From Auanema rhodensis (taxonomy: Eukaryota; Animalia; Nematoda): a stretch of 64,000 nucleotides of DNA. The translations under genes and the position numbers were made by a program. The DNA lies in assembly GCA_964057225.1 (NCBI GenBank), contig OZ059896.1, forward strand, positions 248,001 to 312,000, written 5' to 3'. The notes under the pieces were generated by a model that worked only from the letters and a program-made list of their open reading frames with translations, was not told where the DNA came from and ran no database searches. Below are positions 1 through 10,735 of the stretch, one piece after another (within the stretch, counting starts at the first letter, position 1; each line of letters opens with the position of its first letter).

Positions 1-1584
1 CATAAATTAAAGTTCACGTAAATTTCAAAGTCATGGTTACCATGAAGCAATATCAATAAAAATTTGTTTTTAGACTAGTATGGACATGGGGAATCTAATT
101 TTAAAAACCGCATCTCTTTATCTTTCACGTGAAGCGAGTTACATACCAAGTGCACATCACGTGTACATTTAATTTGCATAAATTAAAGTTCACGTAAATT
201 TCAAAGTCATGGTTACCATGAAGCAATATCAATAAAAATTTGTTTTTAGACTAATATGGACATGGGGAATCTAATTTTGAAAACCACATCTCTTTATCTT
301 TCACGTGAAGCGAGTTACATACCAAGTGCACATCACGTGTACATTTAATTAGCATAAATTAAAGTTCACGTAAATTTCAAAGTCATGGTTACCATGAAAC
401 AATATCAATAAAAATTTGTTTTTAGACTAATATGGACATGGGGAATCTAATTTTGAAAACCGCATCTCTTTATCTTTCACGTGAAGCGAGTTACATACCA
501 AGTGCACATCACGTGTACATTTAATTAGCATAAATTAAAGTTCACGTAAATTTCAAAGTCATGGTTACCATGAACCAATATCAATAAAAATTTGTTTTCA
601 GACTAATATGGACATGGGGAATCTAATTTTGAAAACCGCATCTCTTTATCTTTCACGTGAAGCGAGTTACATACCAAGTGCACATCACGTGTACATTTAA
701 TTAGCATAAATTAAAGTTCACGTAAATTTCAAAGTCATGGTCACCATGCACCAATATCAATAAAAATTTGTTTTTAGACTAATATGGACATGGGGAATCT
801 AATTTTGAAAACCGCATCTCTTTATCTTTCACGTGAAGCGAGTTACATACCAAGTGCACATCACGTGTACATTTAATTAGCATAAATTAAAGTTCACGTA
901 AATTTCAAAGTCATGGTTACCATGAAGCAATATCAATAAAAATTTGTTTTTAGACTAATATGGACATGGGGAATCTAATTTTGAAAACCACATCTCTTTA
1001 TCTTTCACGTGAAGCGAGTTACATACCAAGTGCACATCACGTGTACATTTAATTAGCATAAATTAAAGTTCACGTAAATTTCAAAGTCATGGTTACCATG
1101 AACCAATATCAATAAAAATTTGTTTTTAGACTAATATGGACATGGGGAATCTAATTTTGAAAACCGCATCTCTTTATCTTTCACGTGAAGCGAGTTACAT
1201 ACCAAGTGCACATCACGTGTACATTTAATTAGCATAAATTAAAGTTCACGTAAATTTCAAAGTCATGATTACCATGAACTAATATCAATAAAAATTTGTT
1301 TTTAGACTAATATGGACATGGGGAATCTAATTTTGAAAACCGCATCTCTTTATCTTTCACGTGAAGCGAGTTACATACCAAGTGCACATCACGTGTACAT
1401 TTAATTAGCATAAATTAAAGTTCACGTAAATTTCAAAGTCATGGTTACCATGAACCAATATCAATAAAAATTTGTTTTTAGACTAATATGGACATGGGGA
1501 ATCTAATTTTGAAAACCGCATCTCTTTATCTTTCACGTGAAGCGAGTTACATACCAAGTGCACATCACGTGTACATTTAATTAG

Positions 1585-1759
1585 CATAAATTAAAGTTCA
1601 CGTAAATTTCAAAGTCATGGTTACCATGCACCAATATCAATAAAAATTTGTTTTTGACTAATATGGACATGGGGAATCTAATTTTGAAAACCGCATCTCT
1701 TTATCTTTCACGTGAAGCGAGTTACATACCAAGTGCACATCACGTGTACATTTAATTAG
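1585..1759 (+). repeat. 175-bp monomer (1-bp deletion)
   Basis: TTGTTTTTGACTA instead of TTGTTTTTAGACTA at ~1655; downstream phase shifts by -1. Confidence 0.95.
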
Positions 1760-2463
1760 CATAAATTAAAGTTCACGTAAATTTCAAAGTCATGGTTACC
1801 ATGAACCAATATCAATAAAAATTTGTTTTTAGACTAATATGGACATGGGGAATCTAATTTTGAAAACCGCATCTCTTTATCTTTCACGTGAAGCGAGTTA
1901 CATACCAAGTGCACATCACGTGTACATTTAATTAGCATAAATTAAAGTTCACGTAAATTTCAAAGTCATGGTTACCATGCACCAATATCAATAAAAATTT
2001 GTTTTTAGACTAATATGGACATGGCGAATCTAATTTTGAAAACCGCATCTCTTTATCTTTCACGTGAAGCGAGTTACATACCAAGTGCACATCACGTGTA
2101 CATTTAATTAGCATAAATTAAAGTTCACGTAAATTTCAAAGTCATGGTTACCATGCACCAATATCAATAAAAATTTGTTTTTAGACTAATATGGACATGG
2201 GGAATCTAATTTTGAAAACCGCATCTCTTTATCTTTCACGTGAAGCGAGTTACATACCAAGTGCACATCACGTGTACATTTAATTAGCATAAATTAAAGT
2301 TCACGTAAATTTCAAAGTCATGGTTACCATGCACCAATATCAATAAAAATTTGTTTTTAGACTAATATGGACATGGGGAATCTAATTTTGAAAACCGCAT
2401 CTCTTTATCTTTCACGTGAATCGAGTTACATACCAAGTGCACATCACGTGTACATTTAATTAG

Positions 2464-5400
2464 CATAAATTAAAGTTCACGTAAATTTCAAAGTCATGGT
2501 TACCATGAAGCAATATCAATAAAAATTTGTTTTTAGACTAGTATGGACATGGGGAATCTAATTTTAAAAACCGCATCTCTTTATCTTTCACGTGAAGCGA
2601 GTTACATACCAAGTGCACATCACGTGTACATTTAATTAGCATAAATTAAAGTTCACGTAAATTTCAAAGTCATGGTTACCATGAACCAATATCAATAAAA
2701 ATTTGTTTTTAGACTAATATGGACATGGGGAATCTAATTTTGAAAACCGCATTTCTTTATCTTTCACGTGAAGCGAGTTACATACCAAGTGCACATCACG
2801 TGTACATTTAATTAGCATAAATTAAAGTTCACGTAAATTTCAAAGTCATGGTTACCATGAACCAATATCAATAAAAATTTGTTTTTAGACTAATATGGAC
2901 ATGGGGAATCTAATTTTGAAAACCGCATCTCTTTATCTTTCACGTGAAGCGAGTTACATACCAAGTGCACATCACGTGTACATTTAATTAGCATAAATTA
3001 AAGTTCACGTAAATTTCAAAGTCATGGTCACCATGCACCAATATCAATAAAAATTTGTTTTTAGACTAATATGGACATGGGGAATCTAATTTTGAAAACC
3101 GCATCTCTTTATCTTTCACGTGAAGCGAGTTACATACCAAGTGCACATCACGTGTACAATTAATTAGCATAAATTAAAGTTCACGTAAATTTCAAAGTCA
3201 TGGTTACCATGAAGCAATATCAATAAAAATTTGTTTTTAGACTAATATGGACATGGGGAATCTAATTTTGAAAACTGCATCTCTTTTTCTTTCACGTGAA
3301 GCGAGTTACATACCAAGTGCACATCACGTGTACATTTAATTAGCATAAATTAAAGTTCACGTAAATTTCAAAGTCATGGTTACCATGAACCAATATCAAT
3401 AAAAATTTGTTTTCAGACTAATATGGACATGGGGAATCTAATTTTGAAAACCGCATCTCTTTATCTTTCACGTGAAGCGAGTTACATACCAAGTGCACAT
3501 CACGTGTACAATTAATTAGCATAAATTAAAGTTCACGTAAATTTCAAAGTCATGGTTACCATGAACCAATATCAATAAAAATTTGTTTTTAGACTAATAT
3601 GGACATGGGGAATCTAATTTTGAAAACCGCATCTCTTTTTCTTTCACGTGAAGCGAGTTACATACCAAGTGCACATCACGTGTACATTTAATTAGCATAA
3701 ATTAAAGTTCACGTAAATTTCAAAGTCATGGTTACCATGAACCAATATCAATAAAAATTTGTTTTCAGACTAATATGGACATGGGGAATCTAATTTTGAA
3801 AACCGCATCTCTTTATCTTTCACGTGAAGCGAGTTACATACCAAGTGCACATCACGTGTACATTTAATTAGCATAAATTAAAGTTGACGTAAATTTCAAA
3901 GTCATGGTCACCATGCACCAATATCAATAAAAATTTGTTTTTAGACTAATATGGACATGGGGAATCTAATTTTGAAAACCGCATCTCTTTATCTTTCACG
4001 TGAAGCGAGTTACATACCAAGTGCACATCACGTGTACATTTAATTAGCATAAATTAAAGTTCACGTAAATTTCAAAGTCATGGTTACCATGAACCAATAT
4101 CAATAAAAATTTGTTTTTAGACTAATATGGACATGGGGAATCTAATTTTGAAAACCGCATCTCTTTATCTTTCACGTGAAGCGAGTTACATACCAAGTGC
4201 ACATCACGTGTACATTTAATTAGCATAAATTAAAGTTCACGTAAATTTCAAAGTCATGGTTACCATGAAGCAATATCAATAAAAATTTGTTTTTAGACTA
4301 ATATGGACATGGGGAATCTAATTTTGAAAACCGCATCTCTTTATCTTTCACGTGAAGCGAGTTACATACCAAGTGCACATCACGTGTACATTTAATTAGC
4401 ATAAATTAAAGTTCACGTAAATTTCAAAGTCATGGTTACCATGAACCAATATCAATAAAAATTTGTTTTTAGACTAATATGGACATGGGGAATCTAATTT
4501 TGAAAACCGCATTTCTTTATCTTTCACGTGAAGCGAGTTACATACCAAGTGCACATCACGTGTACATTTAATTAGCATAAATTAAAGTTCACGTAAATTT
4601 CAAAGTCATGGTTACCATGCACCAATATCAATAAAAATTTGTTTTTAGACTAATATGGACATGGGGAATCTATTTTTGAAAACCGCATCTCTTTTTCTTT
4701 CACGTGAAGCGAGTTACATACCAAGTGCACATCACGTGTACATTTAATTAGCATAAATTAAAGTTCACGTAAATTTCAAAGTCATGGTTACCATGCACCA
4801 ATATCAATAAAAATTTGTTTTTAGACTAATATGGACATGGGGAATCTAATTTTGAAAACCGCATCTCTTTATCTTTCACGTGAATCGAGTTACATACCAA
4901 GTGCACATCACGTGTACATTTAATTAGCATAAATTAAAGTTCACGTAAATTTCAAAGTCATGGTTACCATGAAGCAATATCAATAAAAATTTGTTTTTAG
5001 ACTAGTATGGACATGGGGAATCTAATTTTAAAAACCGCATCTCCTTATCTTTCACGTGAAGCGAGTTACATACCAAGTGCACATCACGTGTACATTTAAT
5101 TAGCATAAATTAAAGTTCACGTAAATTTCAAAGTCATGGTTACCATGCACCAATATCAATAAAAATTTGTTTTTAGACTAATATGGACATGGGGAATCTA
5201 ATTTTGAAAACCGCATCTCTTTTTCTTTCACGTGAAGCGAGTTACATACCAAGTGCACATCACGTGTACATTTAATTAGCATAAATTAAAGTTCACGTAA
5301 ATTTCAAAGTCATGGTTACCATGAACCAATATCAATAAAAATTTGTTTTCAGACTAATATGGACATGGGGAATCTAATTTTGAAAACCGCATCTCTTTTT

Positions 5401-8400
5401 CTTTCACGTGAAGCGAGTTACATACCAAGTGCACATCACGTGTACATTTAATTAGCATAAATTAAAGTTCACGTAAATTTCAAAGTCATGGTTACCATGA
5501 ACCAATATCAATAAAATTTTGTTTTTAGACTAATATGGACATGGGGAATCTAATTTTGAAAACCGCATTTCTTTATATTTCACGTGAAGCGAGTTACATA
5601 CCAAGTGCACATCACGTGTACATTTAATTAGCATAAATTAAAGTTCACGTAAATTTCAAAGTCATGGTTACCATGAACCAATATCAATAAAAATTTGTTT
5701 TTAGACTAATATGGACATGGGGAATCTAATTTTGAAAACCGCATTTCTTTATCTTTCACGTGAAGCGAGTTACATACCAAGTGCACATCACGTGTACATT
5801 TAATTAGCATAAATTAAAGTTCACGTAAATTTCAAAGTCATGGTTACCATGAACCAATATCAATAAAAATTTGTTTTTAGACTAATATGGACATGGGGAA
5901 TCTAATTTTGAAAACCGCATCTCTTTATCTTTCACGTGAAGCGAGTTACATACCAAGTGCACATCACGTGTACATTTAATTAGCATAAATTAAAGTTCAC
6001 GTAAATTTCAAAGTCATGGTCACCATGCACCAATATCAATAAAAATTTGTTTTTAGACTAATATGGACATGGGGAATCTAATTTTGAAAACCGCATCTCT
6101 TTATCTTTCACGTGAAGCGAGTTACATACCAAGTGCACATCACGTGTACAATTAATTAGCATAAATTAAAGTTCACGTAAATTTCAAAGTCATGGTTACC
6201 ATGAAGCAATATCAATAAAAATTTGTTTTTAGACTAATATGGACATGGGGAATCTAATTTTGAAAACCGCATCTCTTTATCTTTCACGTGAAGCGAGTTA
6301 CATACCAAGTGCACATCACGTGTACATTTAATTAGCATAAATTAAAGTTCACGTAAATTTCAAAGTCATGGTTACCATGAAGCAATATCAATAAAAATTT
6401 GTTTTTAGACTAGTATGGACATGGGGAATCTAATTTTAAAAACCGCATCTCTTTATCTTTCACGTGAAGCGAGTTACATACCAAGTGCACATCACGTGTA
6501 CATTTAATTAGCATAAATTAAAGTTCACGTAAATTTCAAAGTCATGGTTACCATGAACCAATATCAATAAAAATTTGTTTTTAGACTAATATGGACATGG
6601 GGAATCTAATTTTGAAAACCGCATTTCTTTATCTTTCACGTGAAGCGAGTTACATACCAAGTGCACATCACGTGTACATTTAATTAGCATAAATTAAAGT
6701 TCACGTAAATTTCAAAGTCATGGTTACCATGAACCAATATCAATAAAAATTTGTTTTTAGACTAATATGGACATGGGGAATCTAATTTTGAAAACCGCAT
6801 CTCTTTATCTTTCACGTGAAGCGAGTTACATACCAAGTGCACATCACGTGTACATTTAATTAGCATAAATTAAAGTTCACGTAAATTTCAAAGTCATGGT
6901 CACCATGCACCAATATCAATAAAAATTTGTTTTTAGACTAATATGGACATGGGGAATCTAATTTTGAAAACCGCATCTCTTTATCTTTCACGTGAAGCGA
7001 GTTACATACCAAGTGCACATCACGTGTACAATTAATTAGCATAAATTAAAGTTCACGTAAATTTCAAAGTCATGGTTACCATGAAGCAATATCAATAAAA
7101 ATTTGTTTTTAGACTAATATGGACATGGGGAATCTAATTTTGAAAACCGCATCTCTTTTTCTTTCACGTGAAGCGAGTTACATACCAAGTGCACATCACG
7201 TGTACATTTAATTAGCATAAATTAAAGTTCACGTAAATTTCAAAGTCATGGTTACCATGAACCAATATCAATAAAAATTTGTTTTCAGACTAATATGGAC
7301 ATGGGGAATCTAATTTTGAAAACCGCATCTCTTTATCTTTCACGTGAAGCGAGTTACATACCAAGTGCACATCACGTGTACAATTAATTAGCATAAATTA
7401 AAGTTCACGTAAATTTCAAAGTCATGGTTACCATGAACCAATATCAATAAAAATTTGTTTTTAGACTAATATGGACATGGGGAATCTAATTTTGAAAACC
7501 GCATCTCTTTTTCTTTCACGTGAAGCGAGTTACATACCAAGTGCACATCACGTGTACATTTAATTAGCATAAATTAAAGTTCACGTAAATTTCAAAGTCA
7601 TGGTTACCATGAACCAATATCAATAAAAATTTGTTTTCAGACTAATATGGACATGGGGAATCTAATTTTGAAAACCGCATCTCTTTATCTTTCACGTGAA
7701 GCGAGTTACATACCAAGTGCACATCACGTGTACATTTAATTAGCATAAATTAAAGTTGACGTAAATTTCAAAGTCATGGTCACCATGCACCAATATCAAT
7801 AAAAATTTGTTTTTAGACTAATATGGACATGGGGAATCTAATTTTGAAAACCGCATCTCTTTATCTTTCACGTGAAGCGAGTTACATACCAAGTGCACAT
7901 CACGTGTACATTTAATTAGCATAAATTAAAGTTCACGTAAATTTCAAAGTCATGGTTACCATGAACCAATATCAATAAAAATTTGTTTTTAGACTAATAT
8001 GGACATGGGGAATCTAATTTTGAAAACCGCATCTCTTTATCTTTCACGTGAAGCGAGTTACATACCAAGTGCACATCACGTGTACATTTAATTAGCATAA
8101 ATTAAAGTTCACGTAAATTTCAAAGTCATGGTTACCATGAAGCAATATCAATAAAAATTTGTTTTTAGACTAATATGGACATGGGGAATCTAATTTTGAA
8201 AACCGCATCTCTTTATCTTTCACGTGAAGCGAGTTACATACCAAGTGCACATCACGTGTACATTTAATTAGCATAAATTAAAGTTCACGTAAATTTCAAA
8301 GTCATGGTTACCATGAACCAATATCAATAAAAATTTGTTTTTAGACTAATATGGACATGGGGAATCTAATTTTGAAAACCGCATTTCTTTATCTTTCACG

Positions 8401-9679
8401 TGAAGCGAGTTACATACCAAGTGCACATCACGTGTACATTTAATTAGCATAAATTAAAGTTCACGTAAATTTCAAAGTCATGGTTACCATGCACCAATAT
8501 CAATAAAAATTTGTTTTTAGACTAATATGGACATGGGGAATCTATTTTTGAAAACCGCATCTCTTTTTCTTTCACGTGAAGCGAGTTACATACCAAGTGC
8601 ACATCACGTGTACATTTAATTAGCATAAATTAAAGTTCACGTAAATTTCAAAGTCATGGTTACCATGCACCAATATCAATAAAAATTTGTTTTTAGACTA
8701 ATATGGACATGGGGAATCTAATTTTGAAAACCGCATCTCTTTATCTTTCACGTGAATCGAGTTACATACCAAGTGCACATCACGTGTACATTTAATTAGC
8801 ATAAATTAAAGTTCACGTAAATTTCAAAGTCATGGTTACCATGAAGCAATATCAATAAAAATTTGTTTTTAGACTAGTATGGACATGGGGAATCTAATTT
8901 TAAAAACCGCATCTCCTTATCTTTCACGTGAAGCGAGTTACATACCAAGTGCACATCACGTGTACATTTAATTAGCATAAATTAAAGTTCACGTAAATTT
9001 CAAAGTCATGGTTACCATGCACCAATATCAATAAAAATTTGTTTTTAGACTAATATGGACATGGGGAATCTAATTTTGAAAACCGCATCTCTTTTTCTTT
9101 CACGTGAAGCGAGTTACATACCAAGTGCACATCACGTGTACATTTAATTAGCATAAATTAAAGTTCACGTAAATTTCAAAGTCATGGTTACCATGAACCA
9201 ATATCAATAAAAATTTGTTTTCAGACTAATATGGACATGGGGAATCTAATTTTGAAAACCGCATCTCTTTTTCTTTCACGTGAAGCGAGTTACATACCAA
9301 GTGCACATCACGTGTACATTTAATTAGCATAAATTAAAGTTCACGTAAATTTCAAAGTCATGGTTACCATGAACCAATATCAATAAAATTTTGTTTTTAG
9401 ACTAATATGGACATGGGGAATCTAATTTTGAAAACCGCATTTCTTTATATTTCACGTGAAGCGAGTTACATACCAAGTGCACATCACGTGTACATTTAAT
9501 TAGCATAAATTAAAGTTCACGTAAATTTCAAAGTCATGGTTACCATGAACCAATATCAATAAAAATTTGTTTTTAGACTAATATGGACATGGGGAATCTA
9601 ATTTTGAAAACCGCATTTCTTTATATTTCACGTGAAGCGAGTTACATACCAAGTGCACATCACGTGTACATTTAATTAG
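2464..9679 (+). repeat. Higher-order duplication, period 22 monomers (3872 bp); monomers 15-33 copied as 37-55
   Basis: The same ordered variant string occurs at offset 3872, e.g. GTTGACG in monomers at 3872/7744, CTCCTT in 4928/8800, AAAATTTTG in 5456/9328. One internal difference (AACTGC in the monomer at 3168). Confidence 0.93.
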
Positions 9680-10735
9680 CATAAATTAAAGTTCACGTAA
9701 ATTTCAAAGTCATGGTTACCATGCACCAATATCAATAAAAATTTGTTTTTAGACTAATATGGACAAGGGGAATCTAATTTTGAAAACCGCATTTCTTTAT
9801 ATTTCACGTGAAGCGAGTTACATACCAAGTGCACATCACGTGTACATTCAATTAGCATAAATTAAAGTTCACGTAAATTTCAAAGTCATGGTTACCATGA
9901 GGCAATATCAATAAAAATTCGTTTTTAGACTAATATGGACATGGGGAATCTAATTTTGAAAACCGCATCTCTTTATCTTTCACGTGAAGCGAGTTACATA
10001 CCAAGTGCACATCATGTGTACATTTAATTAGCATAAATTAAAGTTCACGTAAATTTCAAAGTCATGGTTACCATGAAGCAATATCAATAAAAATTTGTTT
10101 TTAGACTAATATGGACATGGGGAATCTAATTTTGAAAACCGCATCTCTTTATCTTTCACGTGAAGCGAGTTACATACCAAGTGCACATCACGTGTACATT
10201 TAATTAGCATAAATTAAAGTTCACGTAAATTTCAAAGTCATGGTTACCATGAACCAATATCAATAAAAATTTGTTTTTAGACTAATATGGACATGGGGAA
10301 TCTAATTTTGAAAACCGCATCTCTTTATCTTTCACGTGAAGCGAGTTACATACCAAGTGCACATCACGTGTACATTTAATTAGCATAAATTAAAGTTCAC
10401 GTAAATTTCAAAGTCATGGTTACCATGAAGCAATATCAATAAAAATTTGTTTTTAGACTAATATGGACATGGGGAATCTAATTTTGAAAACCGCATCTCT
10501 TTATCTTTCACGTGAAGCGAGTTACATACCAAGTGCACATCACGTGTACATTTAATTAGCATGAATTAAAGTTCACGTAAATTTCAAAGTCATGGTTACC
10601 ATGCACCAATATCAATAAAAATTTGTATTTAGACTAATATGGACATGGGGAATCTAATTTTGAAAACCGCATCTCTTTATCTTTCACGTGAAGCGAGTTA
10701 CATACCAAGTGCACATCACGTGTACATTTAATTAG

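Larger units (their letters stand above)
1..9855 (+). repeat. Left sub-family domain of the satellite with its own diagnostic variants
   Basis: Variants GACTAGTAT, TTTTCAGAC, GGTCACC, GTACAATT, GCATTTC, GAATCGAG and GTTGACG recur here and were not seen to the right of ~9.85 kb. Confidence 0.85.

Noticed and set aside
1-176. Tandem 5S rRNA, tRNA, snRNA or spliced-leader gene unit
   Set aside because: No recognisable conserved RNA sequence, cloverleaf or Pol III A/B/C boxes. The T5 run and AATAAA are expected in AT-rich DNA.
156-176. Budding-yeast point centromere (CDEI-CDEII-CDEIII)
   Set aside because: ATCACGTG matches CDEI, but there is no >90% AT CDEII or CDEIII consensus at the right distance, and point centromeres are not tandemly arrayed.
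256-348. 30-codon ORF in each monomer (consensus MDMGNLILKTASLYLSREASYIPSAHHVYI*)
   Set aside because: Short, bounded by stops, no recognisable domain or expression signals. Its recurrence is just the repeat, and such ORFs are expected by chance.
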